Of a DNA stretch of 64,000 nt, positions 48,745-59,203 are shown piece by piece. Source of the DNA: a virus. Under the pieces are notes generated by a model. That model was not told the DNA's origin, ran no database searches, and was given only the letters and a program-made list of their open reading frames with translations. Each line of letters begins with the position of its first letter. Position 1 is the stretch's first letter. The DNA is taken from positions 1-64,000 of IMG/VR virus record IMGVR_UViG_3300013286_000010. One strand, 5' to 3'. The position numbers and the translations under genes are program-made.

Positions 48745-50778
48745 TTATGCAACTGCTGTGCCGCCCGCTTGCTTATAAAGTGCAAGGGCAACAGGCAATG
48801 TTTTAGGATGTTGGTTGTAAGGACTGCCTGGCAGACTAGCCCATATTTTATTTGTCCTAGAAATTGCTTTAGTAAAGTTACCTGCTTTGATATCGTTAAC
48901 TGCACCTTGCATCTGTAATAGATATATGGCTGCAAGATCTTGATTATGTGGGCTAAAATCAGACAAGTTAAGAGCCTTCTTACACATATCCCAAGTCTTT
49001 GATAAGAATTGATATGCGCCTGCTGCCGTAGAAGTTAGACCGCCACCTTTGTTAGCAATACGAGGATGGTCGGCAAAGCTAGTAAACAGTTTACCTGTAA
49101 ACATAGTCTTATATCCATCAGGACCACTAGTTCCTTCACACACTCTGATCATCCATAAAAATGCTGCTAGGTTATCATCAGCAGTATTACCAGTTGGTGT
49201 AGGAGGTGTTCCTTGAACGTTCGGTGCTTTATTAAATGCCACATTTGGCGAACCGCCTACTGAAGAATCTATTGTTGCATCTGTATTATTAGAATTAAAT
49301 TTTGCAGGGTCTGTGCTTTCATGATCCGGCCATGGCTCATGTGTAGGAACACGTTTCATGATACTTATTAGATCATCAGTTTTGTATGCATTGCCATTTT
49401 CCCAGCCTGCACTAACACTCCTGTTAGGCAAACTAAATGTCTTTAATGAATTGGCAGATGCAGCAGATGTAGGAGTTGTAGCGACTGCGGCTGCTGGACC
49501 ATTCATATGTATCTTTGGAGCAGTTTCTTTATAGGTACCACCTGCTTTAACATTAAACTCACCTCCAGATGTTTGATACATTATACCGCTAGATATAACA
49601 TGAACATCTGCCGACGATCCTTGATATAAAGAGCCAATAGCTGTTACATGCAGATCAGCTGCCGATGTTATTTTAGTTGTATCATCTGCATTAATATCTA
49701 GTGTTGATCCAAAATCTAACTTTCCTGCTTGAGAAGAGTTTACGGTATAGTTGCCAGTGACATCTATATGATGATCTCCGCCTACTGATATATTAAAACT
49801 ACCACCAGCTTCCATGTTGATATTTCTATCGGCTCGAAAATTGAAATCTGCTTCTGTATGAATACTAACACTGTCCGCAGCATAGATATCTAACTTGCCT
49901 TCGCTGGTCATTTCTATCCAAGATGTTCCGCCAGCATTGGCAATGTAAATCAAATCTTTTGTATTGTGCATTAAGATTTGATGTCCGGTCCTAGTTCGTA
50001 TTCTAACTAATTCATTATCTCCATTGATGTCACCGTCATCCATTACAAATGTGCTGCCACCTAATCTACTTACAGGTGCCTGTGTATTGCCCGTATATCC
50101 TATCTTACCTCGTTTGGCGCCGGCACTAGTGTCTAAAGGTCCAGGTGTACTGATACCAAATACGCTACTAGGAACTTCACGACGGGCACTACTTGAAGTA
50201 ACACCCCTAACATCATCAAGCAATAACCCTTGAGAAAGCAATCTATCCGCAAACGGATGAACTGGTTTCTTAATTGTTTTAATATTAGGTGTATCTAATT
50301 TTTGACTTTTCTTATGTAACTCTGCACTAGGCAAATAAGATGTGCCGTATTTCTTTTTTTGTTCTTGAGTAGCCTCAATACTGTCTGTAGCAGCGATACC
50401 TGGAACCATTTGATTTTGAAAAATGTCAGGGACACATCCAATCCAATAACATTGATTAGGATCACCGTCAACAAATATAACCAGTACTGTTGTTCCTACA
50501 TCTGGCGGTACCATCCACATGCCATATGATTTCTGTACGTCATTAAACTCGCCTGGATTATTTCCCTCGTATCTAACAGAGGTTGCTCCGTAGAATGGGC
50601 TTAAATATCTAGCAACATAGGTGTTACCTTGTAACACCACTGAACTAGGAACACCTTTAGACAATACTACTTCCACTCCGCCCATGTAAGTAGGATCTAA
50701 ATGATTAGTTATTTCAGCAAGGTACGGACCCGGAGCAGGCAGCTTACCTTTTCGACGCTGTTCAAATCCTGATGACAT
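48745..50778 (-). CDS. baseplate hub spike (gp5/VgrG-like) with C-terminal lambda-R-type muramidase
   Basis: OB-fold DP..G.V.V, PPDVG..VLV.F..GD; RTRTGH; beta-helix repeats; C-terminal IR..EGT..Y, DHP, STAAGAYQFL..TW, WASLPG. Confidence 0.82.
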   Translation of the reverse strand: MSSGFEQRRKGKLPAPGPYLAEITNHLDPTYMGGVEVVLSKGVPSSVVLQGNTYVARYLSPFYGATSVRYEGNNPGEFNDVQKSYGMWMVPPDVGTTVLVIFVDGDPNQCYWIGCVPDIFQNQMVPGIAATDSIEATQEQKKKYGTSYLPSAELHKKSQKLDTPNIKTIKKPVHPFADRLLSQGLLLDDVRGVTSSSARREVPSSVFGISTPGPLDTSAGAKRGKIGYTGNTQAPVSRLGGSTFVMDDGDINGDNELVRIRTRTGHQILMHNTKDLIYIANAGGTSWIEMTSEGKLDIYAADSVSIHTEADFNFRADRNINMEAGGSFNISVGGDHHIDVTGNYTVNSSQAGKLDFGSTLDINADDTTKITSAADLHVTAIGSLYQGSSADVHVISSGIMYQTSGGEFNVKAGGTYKETAPKIHMNGPAAAVATTPTSAASANSLKTFSLPNRSVSAGWENGNAYKTDDLISIMKRVPTHEPWPDHESTDPAKFNSNNTDATIDSSVGGSPNVAFNKAPNVQGTPPTPTGNTADDNLAAFLWMIRVCEGTSGPDGYKTMFTGKLFTSFADHPRIANKGGGLTSTAAGAYQFLSKTWDMCKKALNLSDFSPHNQDLAAIYLLQMQGAVNDIKAGNFTKAISRTNKIWASLPGSPYNQHPKTLPVALALYKQAGGTAVA

Positions 50779-50779
50779 A

Positions 50780-53071
50780 TTATCCTTGTAACGTTAATTT
50801 AGCAAGTGGACTAAACTTACTGGCAACTGAAGATGCATCTGTAACAACCGCAGGCAGATTAAAAGACGGCACAGCAGGCAAAGATGCACTAACTGCTTGA
50901 TCGTTTTTATCTGGTGAAGTTTTCACTGCATCGGCAGGTTTATCTTCAACTACATTACCACCACCTGCATCAATTTGTCCAGGTATCCTTGCTATGCTCA
51001 ATGTCTGCTTAAACTGTCCGTCTTTAAACGAACTTCGTGCAGATAGAACATGATAAACTCCACCAAACGGTACTTTACCATCTTGGAAATACATTAATCC
51101 GCCCGATTCAAAAGTTCCTATATCTATAGGATTTCTAAAAGTAATGGTGATGAATACACTTCCATAATGTTGAGTCGCTTCGCCGTTTACAGTTATTCCT
51201 CTGCTCTTGGGTTTAGGATTAGTATTACCAATTCCACCCGTAGCTATATAAAAAGGATCGCCTAGTATGGTTATTTCTCCAGTGATCAATGAGGCATTTG
51301 AATTAATAATTGCTTCGTGCATACTTTTGGCAAGAATGCTATACGGATCATCTAATGGTTGCCCCGCAGACCCTCCGGATTTTTCTGACATCTCGCCTGC
51401 ATTTGATGCCGGTAATGTTAATCCTCCAGAAGTTTCACTAATTGCTGTACGAGTTATCCTTTGATCCGATGTTTCTAATTTTGGATCAACGGTATTACTA
51501 TTACCAAGTGCTGTTTTTGATCCGGGAATATCATTATTACCCATGGCTCTTGGGATAGCTTCAAAATATAATGTATTAAAATTTAAATTAAAATCTATTA
51601 TATCTAAATTTTTTCCTGTATAGATATAATTATAATCTCGCAAACTTAACAATTTTAATTTTGCAGCGTCTATGGTATCTGTTGCAAATGCCGGAATTGT
51701 AGTATGATAGACTTTATATTTTGTAACAACATAGGTAAACTTTTGATAAGGTCTGCGAGAAATCTTATCAATCACTTCTGAATTTTCAACATTCAGTGTT
51801 ATTAGAAAATAATCCACCATTCCATATGCATCAGGATTTGTTCCCTTACCCATACTACTGTAAATATCTCTAATGTACTTGCTGTCTCTTATCAATGAAG
51901 AAATACAATCATGAATATTTGCTCCGTTGGCAAATTGTACTGTAGAGGTCCTCGGAGTATATGCTACACCCGAAGGTGCTGTTCCTTCAGTAGGAGGTTT
52001 TGTTGCGGCATCGGCATGTAATGCATTTTCTTTTGTAGTAGTAGCCGGATCATCAAACTTATAAAGTTGATTATCTTTAAGTAATTCAACTACATCTGAT
52101 TTTGCAATTTCATTATCGGGATTATTCAAATCAAACCCTGTAGTTTCAGACCAACTGGGGAATTTTATTTCATATGTGTCATGTTCATTTGATGAAAGAT
52201 CGGTTCTAGATGCCTTATCTGCTTCAGCAACTTGTTCAGTAATTTTCTTCATCAAATCTGTTAAAATTTCTTTAACTGTTTTACCTGACATATTTGCAGG
52301 TTGTTTTAATATATTAGATTGACCGTAACCCTTTTGAGCAAATGGTAGACCAGAACATCTATATCTAGTTCCTTTTTCGGTCACTGACACTTCTAAACCA
52401 GAGAATCCAAATACAAAATATCTAGTACCGCCTTCAACAATTTCTGGATCAGTGAATGTATCACTATCAGAATATCCAACAAATTCCATTTTTAAAATAA
52501 AACTTGCCGACGAGTATGTAATATATCCTGCAGCCACCGCAGACACGTGCAATGCTTCAATAAATCCATTAATACTGTAGGGTTCTATTACTTCAAATTT
52601 TATACTGGTAGGAAGAGTTGTGCCGCTAGTTTTAGAAAATGCCATTGTTGCATCAATGTCGACATTGTCAATAAACAAATCAAATCTGCCAGGGCTCTTT
52701 TCGTTAAAATCACTTACTAACTTTTTAACAGATGGAGAAGCTTGAACAATATCTGTAGTGACTCCAGAGACTTCACCATTGTTTTCGTATTGAGTAGTAG
52801 TTTTAGTTGCACTAACTGTTGTTATACCAGAAGTACCTTTACCACCTGTTTTAGCAATGACAAAATTTAATGCACTGTTTTCATATTTTTTAGGATTATT
52901 AACATCAGCTTTATTCAATGCTGCTAATGTAAAATTATATGTATAAGACCTATAGTTGTTTAATACATTCTGCACGCCAGATGATACAACTTTAGGCGGA
53001 ACTTTAGGTAATACAGTCTTACGAGTAGTATCCTCGTATACTCCGGCTTGTACGTCAATTCTTCCGCCCAT
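50780..53071 (-). CDS. baseplate hub protein (gp27-like, putative)
   Basis: Between gp53-like and gp5-like genes; I.GDP and G.Y.V......F..G.F.Q.L motifs. Confidence 0.55.
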   Translation of the reverse strand: MGGRIDVQAGVYEDTTRKTVLPKVPPKVVSSGVQNVLNNYRSYTYNFTLAALNKADVNNPKKYENSALNFVIAKTGGKGTSGITTVSATKTTTQYENNGEVSGVTTDIVQASPSVKKLVSDFNEKSPGRFDLFIDNVDIDATMAFSKTSGTTLPTSIKFEVIEPYSINGFIEALHVSAVAAGYITYSSASFILKMEFVGYSDSDTFTDPEIVEGGTRYFVFGFSGLEVSVTEKGTRYRCSGLPFAQKGYGQSNILKQPANMSGKTVKEILTDLMKKITEQVAEADKASRTDLSSNEHDTYEIKFPSWSETTGFDLNNPDNEIAKSDVVELLKDNQLYKFDDPATTTKENALHADAATKPPTEGTAPSGVAYTPRTSTVQFANGANIHDCISSLIRDSKYIRDIYSSMGKGTNPDAYGMVDYFLITLNVENSEVIDKISRRPYQKFTYVVTKYKVYHTTIPAFATDTIDAAKLKLLSLRDYNYIYTGKNLDIIDFNLNFNTLYFEAIPRAMGNNDIPGSKTALGNSNTVDPKLETSDQRITRTAISETSGGLTLPASNAGEMSEKSGGSAGQPLDDPYSILAKSMHEAIINSNASLITGEITILGDPFYIATGGIGNTNPKPKSRGITVNGEATQHYGSVFITITFRNPIDIGTFESGGLMYFQDGKVPFGGVYHVLSARSSFKDGQFKQTLSIARIPGQIDAGGGNVVEDKPADAVKTSPDKNDQAVSASLPAVPSFNLPAVVTDASSVASKFSPLAKLTLQG

Positions 53072-53072
53072 T

Positions 53073-53375
53073 TTATAATCCTAATGCAGTATTGATAGTA
53101 GTAATTTTAGGGAGATAAATTTTAACTCCTGCAATTAGATCAAATGTAGGATCTTTAATTATAGATTTATTCCTAATGGCAAATACCCACCATAGATTAA
53201 CATCCCCATACAAATCGTATGCTAATAGGTCTGGTCTATTTTCATATGTACTTGTAACTTCAAACAAGATATCATCAGTTTCTGCAGGGATATCTCTAAA
53301 ACTCATAACATCCAGATACCCATTTTCGAGACTGGTAGAATAATAGGGACTTTTTTTACTGTAAGTTGCGACCAT
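53073..53375 (-). CDS. baseplate wedge protein (gp53/LysM-like)
   Basis: RPDLLAYDLYG...LWWVFA.RN. Confidence 0.75.
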   Translation of the reverse strand: MVATYSKKSPYYSTSLENGYLDVMSFRDIPAETDDILFEVTSTYENRPDLLAYDLYGDVNLWWVFAIRNKSIIKDPTFDLIAGVKIYLPKITTINTALGL

Positions 53376-54121
53376 TATAATATTCCTGATTTTCTAACTT
53401 TTGAATCACTTAACCAACCATTGACTGTAAACTGTTGCATCTCTGCTCTGCTGTACATAGGTACACATGTTATTGCAATAGTTGATAATACAGGAACAGA
53501 AGCTTCTCCAAATGAAGGAGTTTTAGTGGTAAAATAATCTACACCGTCCGGAAGTTCTAATCTAAAACTGCCGATTGCTACTGGCACATTAGATAACATG
53601 TAATCTCCATATGCATCTAAACGACAAACTGGCGGAGGAGCTCCGCTATTTGGTTCGCCGCCTGATAACATTTTTGTTAATGATCTTAATAAATGAACTG
53701 TAGCAAGATAAACTGCTGCATCTTTATCATTTTGTACTGTAAATTTTCCCGAAATGCTAATATTGCTAATGCCGCTACGTTGATAAAAATTTTGAGTAAA
53801 GTTGCTATGGATAGGAGTAGCAGTTGCATAGTCGGCTTTTTGTTCATAACTGATACTAGGAGTATAGGGGAAAATAATGCCACCTAAATTGTATAACTCT
53901 CCTGCGGAACCTCTAGTGGTCATTCTGATATAGTTATCGGGCACTCGAATCTTAACACGAAGATCAGAAGGAGGAGTATTTCCAGATATTGATTTAGTGT
54001 TGACTTTTGCGGCAGTAGCATAGTCAGGCATAGCACCTTTTAACAATGATCCAAGCCTGGAACTTTGAACAAAGTTTGAAACCGATGCTCCAAGATTACT
54101 GATAGGGTTAGTGAATGCCAT
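53375..54121 (-). CDS. tail tube initiator-like protein (gp48/gp54-like, putative)
   Basis: FPYTP.I, GAPPP.C.L..YG motifs; first gene of the baseplate operon. Confidence 0.5.
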   Translation of the reverse strand: MAFTNPISNLGASVSNFVQSSRLGSLLKGAMPDYATAAKVNTKSISGNTPPSDLRVKIRVPDNYIRMTTRGSAGELYNLGGIIFPYTPSISYEQKADYATATPIHSNFTQNFYQRSGISNISISGKFTVQNDKDAAVYLATVHLLRSLTKMLSGGEPNSGAPPPVCRLDAYGDYMLSNVPVAIGSFRLELPDGVDYFTTKTPSFGEASVPVLSTIAITCVPMYSRAEMQQFTVNGWLSDSKVRKSGIL

Positions 54122-54139
54122 GTTTATTCCTTTATATGC

Positions 54140-54155
54140 TATTTACCAATAAATA
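54140..54155. promoter_or_regulatory. back-to-back late promoters TATTTA-CCAA-TAAATA
   Basis: Between the divergent tail operon and sigma gene. Confidence 0.6.
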
Positions 54156-54180
54156 AAATGCTAACTTAATATATAAATGG

Positions 54181-54208
54181 TTGACACTATCCAATTATAT
54201 GTTATACT
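54181..54208 (+). promoter_or_regulatory. sigma70-type promoter
   Basis: TTGACA-16 nt-TATACT with TG extension. Confidence 0.65.
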
Positions 54209-54232
54209 AAAATAAGGAATAACAATAATAAG

Positions 54233-55159
54233 ATGAACCTTATACCAACAATACGAAAAGTAAAATACTTAAACAATAGAGACCTGTTAGCAGAAATACA
54301 TTATAGTAAATGCAGTTTTTCAAGTTTTACACAACCTGATTACAGTCAACACGACATTATTTTATCAAGTCTCGACAAAGTTAACATTCGCACACTAGCA
54401 GACGCTAAACGTGCCAGAGCCAAAAGAATAGGTCTTATTGCATTTGCAATAGCTCGCAACGGTGGCGATAAGAAAACCAAACTAGCAGAAGTTACTCCAG
54501 ATTATACCACTGTTGCAAAAACTGATGTTATTATCCGTATAATGACATTTGATCATATTCCGCTAGCACCAGGTCGCAAGAAGACAGTCAAGAGCACAGC
54601 AGATAGCCACGAAAAAGTAAATTTTCCTCCTTTCCAGCATTGGAAGTTTGACGAAGTTACAGGTGAATTAGTATGCGTGGGTAAGAGCCATTGGAAAGGG
54701 CTACTAGATACAGGGTACTTTAGCAAGGACCACGGACGTATTACTGAAAACTTAGGTAAGATGTTTATCAAACTAAGCGAGAGATACGCACAGCGTAGCA
54801 ACTGGCGTGGTTATACCTATATTGAAGAGATGCGCGGACAAGCTATCCTACAGTTAAGTCAGATCGGACTACAGTTTGACGAATCAAAATCTGAAAATCC
54901 ATTTGCCTACTACACCGCAGCAGTAACAAACTCATTTACTCGTATCTTAAACATTGAGAAGAAAAGCCAAAACATCCGTGATGACTTGTTGGAAGAAGCT
55001 GGATTAACTCCTAGTTCAACAAGACAAAACGCTCACGAGTACGCAGATGAGATTGCCCGACAGGCAGTACTGTATAAAAATATGCGTATGCCCAAGAGTG
55101 AAGAAGACGTCTTCGAAGATGGAGAAGGCGATGGCGAAACTGACGAAACTAATCCTTGA
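54233..55159 (+). CDS. late-transcription sigma factor (T4 gp55-like)
   Basis: YLNN..LL; NWRGYTY.EEM...A; FD..KS.NPFAYYT; directly upstream of gp47/gp46 as in T4-like phages. Confidence 0.8.
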   Translation: MNLIPTIRKVKYLNNRDLLAEIHYSKCSFSSFTQPDYSQHDIILSSLDKVNIRTLADAKRARAKRIGLIAFAIARNGGDKKTKLAEVTPDYTTVAKTDVIIRIMTFDHIPLAPGRKKTVKSTADSHEKVNFPPFQHWKFDEVTGELVCVGKSHWKGLLDTGYFSKDHGRITENLGKMFIKLSERYAQRSNWRGYTYIEEMRGQAILQLSQIGLQFDESKSENPFAYYTAAVTNSFTRILNIEKKSQNIRDDLLEEAGLTPSSTRQNAHEYADEIARQAVLYKNMRMPKSEEDVFEDGEGDGETDETNP

Positions 55160-55184
55160 CATTTAAAATACGTCCTGCTAAACT
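55156..55184 (+). promoter_or_regulatory. sigma70-type promoter
   Basis: TTGACA-17 nt-TAAACT. Confidence 0.6.
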
Positions 55185-55204
55185 CGTAGCTAGGAGAATA
55201 ATAA

Positions 55205-56218
55205 ATGCCCTTGTTTAAAAAGGTAGCGTGTTTCACAGATATACACTTTGGTTTAAAATCAAATAGTGGAACACATTTACGAGATTGCGAAGAATTTGTA
55301 GACTGGTTTATCCAAGAAGCGCAGAAAGAGGGTTGCGAGACCTGTATCTTTCTAGGTGACTGGAGCCATAATCGAAATAGTCTAAACTTGTTTACGCTAG
55401 ATAGCAGTCTACGCTGTTTAGAAAAACTAGGTGCAGCATTTGATCAGTTCTACTGGTTCCCAGGTAATCATGATCTCTTTTATAAAGACAAACGTGATAT
55501 CCATAGTAGTGCGTTTGGACGACATATCCCCGGTGTAACCGTAGTCGAAAGTATAACAACAATTGGTGATGTCACGCTTGTTCCGTGGCTTGTGGGCGAC
55601 GAGTGGAAGACTTTAGGTAAGATCAAAAGCAAATATATGTTTGGGCATTTTGAATTGCCCCTGTTCTATATGAATGCCATGGTGCAAATGCCCGATCATG
55701 GTGAGTTATCCCCTGGACATTTTGTACATCAGGACTATGTGTTCAGCGGACATTTCCACAAACGCCAGAATAAAGAACGAGTATGGTATATTGGTAATGC
55801 ATTTCCGCATAACTTTGCAGATACCGGCGACGATGCTCGAGGCATGATGGTCATGGAATGGGGCGGTACTCCAGAGTTTATTGATTGGCTGGACTGCCCG
55901 AAGTATAGAACTGTTAAGCTAAGTGATCTTATCGACAAGAAAGATGAGATCATGAAATCAAAGATGCATATCAAAGTCAATTTAGATATTGATATCAGCT
56001 TTGAAGAAGCCAACTTTATCAAAGAAACATTTATTGCAGACTATGATATCCGTGAGATCAGTCTAATTCAGGATAAAACTAACTTAGACGGAACTATCGA
56101 TGACAATCCAGATGCTACATTTGAAAGTGTTGATCAGATTGTGGCTGAACAATTGATCAATATTGAGAACGGACAGTTTGATAAGAACACACTACTTGAA
56201 ATCTATAATAATCTCTAA
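55205..56218 (+). CDS. recombination nuclease subunit (gp47/Mre11/SbcD-like)
   Basis: DIHFG, LGD, GNHD, GHF, SGHFH metallophosphoesterase motifs. Confidence 0.92.
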   Translation: MPLFKKVACFTDIHFGLKSNSGTHLRDCEEFVDWFIQEAQKEGCETCIFLGDWSHNRNSLNLFTLDSSLRCLEKLGAAFDQFYWFPGNHDLFYKDKRDIHSSAFGRHIPGVTVVESITTIGDVTLVPWLVGDEWKTLGKIKSKYMFGHFELPLFYMNAMVQMPDHGELSPGHFVHQDYVFSGHFHKRQNKERVWYIGNAFPHNFADTGDDARGMMVMEWGGTPEFIDWLDCPKYRTVKLSDLIDKKDEIMKSKMHIKVNLDIDISFEEANFIKETFIADYDIREISLIQDKTNLDGTIDDNPDATFESVDQIVAEQLINIENGQFDKNTLLEIYNNL

Positions 56219-57999
56219 TGTTTAAACTAAAGAATATAACCGTAAAAAACTTTATGAGTGTGGGCAACCAGACTCAAGCAGTTGATTTTGACAAACAAGC
56301 TCTAACATTAGTGCTAGGTAGTAACCACGATCTAGGTGGAGATGACACAGGTTCCCGCAACGGTACTGGTAAAACTACCATTGTCAATGCGTTAAGCTAC
56401 GCGATGTACGGGCAAGCCCTAACCAACATCAAGAAAGAAAATTTGATCAATAAGACCAACGGTAAGAACATGTTGGTCACTGTTGAGTTTGAAAAGAATA
56501 GTACCAAATATCGCATCGAGCGGGGTCGTAAACCTAATGTCCTACAGTTATTTGTCAATGACAATCAATTAAAAACAGATGAACATGAAGATGATAGTCA
56601 GGGCGATAGCCGTGAGACACAGAAGGTAATTGAGCAGATGCTGGAAATGTCGCACACAATGTTCAAACATTTGGTTGCACTAAACACTTATACCGAACCG
56701 TTCCTGTCTATGAAAGCAGCGGATCAACGTGAGGTTATTGAACAGCTATTAGGTATTACATTACTATCGGAAAAAGCCGAAGCCCTTAAAGTATTAGTCA
56801 AAGAAAGCAAGGATCTTATTCAAAAAGAAGAATTTAAGATTGAAGGTATTAAGGCTGCTAATGAAAATGTGCAAAAAAGTATCAACAGTTTAGAGATCAA
56901 GAGTTCTGCCTGGGAAACTAAAAAAGAAAATGATATCGAAGGGTTAGGTCGTGCTATGATGCGATTAGAAAATGTCGACATCGAAACTGAACTAGCTGCA
57001 CATCTGCAACTTAAACAATGGTCCGAGAACAATGTTAAGATTAATAACCTTAACAAACAGAAGGCTACACTAGAATCTGCGGCCATACAAGCTGAAAAAA
57101 CTTTAGCCAAATATAAAAAAGAATTAGAAAGTCTAGCAAATAAAACATGTCATGCGTGTGAACAGGAGTTACACGATCATAAACATGAAGAAATGACTAC
57201 TACGGCTACACAGCACTATGACGAAGCATACGAATATTGGCAACGGATTCGTGCTCAACTTAAACAAGTAATCGAGGAAGTCACTGCAATCGGAGAACAG
57301 CCACATCGCCCGCAGACATTCTATGATACAGAAGCAGAAGCACTGGGTCACAAGAACAATTTAGACGGTCTTGAAAAGAGTTTGACTGCAAAGATTGATG
57401 AATCAAATCCTTACCAAGAACAGATAGCCGAACTTAAGAAGACTGCGATCCAAGAGATCACTTGGGATCATATCAACGAATTGACCAAATTAAAAGATCA
57501 TCAAGAGTTCTTACACAAGCTATTGACCAACAAAGATAGCTTTATCCGTAAGAAGATCATTGATCAGAATTTAAGTTACTTAAACAAACGGTTAGGTTAC
57601 TATATTGACAAGCTAGGGTTGCCGCATCGTGTTGTATTCCAAAACGATCTATCAGTTGAAATTACTCAACTAGGACAAGATCTAGACTTTGATAATCTAT
57701 CTCGTGGCGAGCGCAATCGTTTGATTCTATCAATGAGCTTTGCGTTCCGAGATGTTTGGGAAGGCTTATATCAAAGCATCAATTTATTGTTTATTGACGA
57801 ACTTGTGGATGCAGGTATGGATGCCGCAGGAGTAGAAAGTGCCCTAGCGGTCCTAAAAAAGATGGCACGAGAACGCAATAAGAATATATACTTAATATCA
57901 CACAAGGACGAATTAATAGGTCGTGTAAACAACGTTCTAAGAGTAGTCAAAGAAAACGGTTTTACCTCCTATAGTAATGATGTAGATTATGTTGACTGA
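56218..57999 (+). CDS. recombination ATPase subunit (gp46/Rad50/SbcC-like)
   Basis: NGTGKT Walker A, CHAC hook, LSRGE signature, FIDE, ISH. Confidence 0.93.
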   Translation: MFKLKNITVKNFMSVGNQTQAVDFDKQALTLVLGSNHDLGGDDTGSRNGTGKTTIVNALSYAMYGQALTNIKKENLINKTNGKNMLVTVEFEKNSTKYRIERGRKPNVLQLFVNDNQLKTDEHEDDSQGDSRETQKVIEQMLEMSHTMFKHLVALNTYTEPFLSMKAADQREVIEQLLGITLLSEKAEALKVLVKESKDLIQKEEFKIEGIKAANENVQKSINSLEIKSSAWETKKENDIEGLGRAMMRLENVDIETELAAHLQLKQWSENNVKINNLNKQKATLESAAIQAEKTLAKYKKELESLANKTCHACEQELHDHKHEEMTTTATQHYDEAYEYWQRIRAQLKQVIEEVTAIGEQPHRPQTFYDTEAEALGHKNNLDGLEKSLTAKIDESNPYQEQIAELKKTAIQEITWDHINELTKLKDHQEFLHKLLTNKDSFIRKKIIDQNLSYLNKRLGYYIDKLGLPHRVVFQNDLSVEITQLGQDLDFDNLSRGERNRLILSMSFAFRDVWEGLYQSINLLFIDELVDAGMDAAGVESALAVLKKMARERNKNIYLISHKDELIGRVNNVLRVVKENGFTSYSNDVDYVD

Positions 58000-58297
58000 A
58001 AATTTAGAACGTTATAAACAGTTATATTCAGAATATATAGAGCTGTCTATAGAACTGCATAACTATCAACAAGCGTTCCTTGCTACTCTAGGGCAAGTTC
58101 CTAGAGAGAAAGTAGGGAGCGCCTGGTATAGGATGGGCAAGTTATGTAAAGAAATGAAAAAACTTGCCCGATTAGTACACAGAGACCATTTAGCAAATAG
58201 AATAGAGCTGAAAGCAATTGCAGAAGCAGAAGCCGCTCATAGAAGAGCAAACCCAAAAAAACCGGGCCCAAAAGGTCCATGGAAACATAAAAAATGA
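57989..58297 (+). CDS. hypothetical basic helical protein
   Basis: 102-aa overlapping ORF. Confidence 0.65.
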   Translation: MLTENLERYKQLYSEYIELSIELHNYQQAFLATLGQVPREKVGSAWYRMGKLCKEMKKLARLVHRDHLANRIELKAIAEAEAAHRRANPKKPGPKGPWKHKK

Positions 58298-58491
58298 ACG
58301 ATACAAATACACAACTACAACAACAATTTGCAGAATTCCTAGCCGAAGATGCAAAATTTACAGCAGGTAATGCTGCCGCAGGCACACGCTCACGCAAGGC
58401 TCTAGGAGAGTTAGGCAAGTTAGTCAAAGCTCGCCGTAATGAAATCACTGCCGAGAAGAACGCTCGCAAGGAAGCTAAGGCCGTAAAGTAA
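58294..58491 (+). CDS. Hc1-like (histone H1-like family) small DNA-binding protein
   Basis: KF..GN.AAGTR.RK.L.EL.K..K.RR pattern. Confidence 0.65.
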   Translation: MNDTNTQLQQQFAEFLAEDAKFTAGNAAAGTRSRKALGELGKLVKARRNEITAEKNARKEAKAVK

Positions 58492-58494
58492 TTA

Positions 58495-58923
58495 ATGATT
58501 TGGACTTATCAAGGTCAAGTTGTAAATGAATTACCCGAGGATTGTGTGGGATATGTTTATTGCATAACCAATTTAATCACCGGGCGCCAATATATTGGCA
58601 AAAAATTAGCAAAATTCTCTAAAACGACCTACAAGACAATCACGTTAAAGAACGGCACAAAAAAGAAAAAGAAAATCAGATCTAAAATAGATTCAGATTG
58701 GAAAGAATATTGGGGTAGTAGCCCCAATCTTCAGGCAGATATAGACACCCTAGGCAAAGAAAAATTCTCTCGCGAAATATTATATTATTGTAAAAGTAAA
58801 AGTGAATGTACCTATATAGAAGCAAGAACCCAGTTCGAAAGAAAAGTATTAGAATCAGACGATTATTATAATGGGCAGATAAGTTGCAGGATACACCAGT
58901 CACATATCAAAGGCAAGATATGA
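58495..58923 (+). CDS. GIY-YIG endonuclease (Seg-like)
   Basis: GYVYCITN...GRQYIGKK, Y.GSS, F.REIL, E, YYN. Confidence 0.85.
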   Translation: MIWTYQGQVVNELPEDCVGYVYCITNLITGRQYIGKKLAKFSKTTYKTITLKNGTKKKKKIRSKIDSDWKEYWGSSPNLQADIDTLGKEKFSREILYYCKSKSECTYIEARTQFERKVLESDDYYNGQISCRIHQSHIKGKI

Positions 58924-59201
58924 CAAAACTTGATTATAGCAAAACTAATAAAAGTGACACAGCTTTCTTAAATGATCCGTTTTGGACCAATCCAAAGGCG
59001 GGTTTTGATAAAGCATGGCATGAACAAAGAAATAAACTCAGGCAACATTTAGGCATACACAAAGAACATGATTGGGAAATCATTAACGAACCCACTGGTC
59101 CACATGCAGGCAAAGTAGTCTGTAACACTTGCAAGAGCAAAAAAGGCAAAAGTATGTTCGTATCATGGCTTCCCAAAGGTTATATATCATCTAACACCTA
59201 A
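58920..59201 (+). CDS. hypothetical protein, possible Zn-binding (H...H..CxxC)
   Basis: ATGA overlap at 58920; GPHAGKVVCNTC. Confidence 0.6.
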   Translation: MTKLDYSKTNKSDTAFLNDPFWTNPKAGFDKAWHEQRNKLRQHLGIHKEHDWEIINEPTGPHAGKVVCNTCKSKKGKSMFVSWLPKGYISSNT

Positions 59202-59203
59202 GG

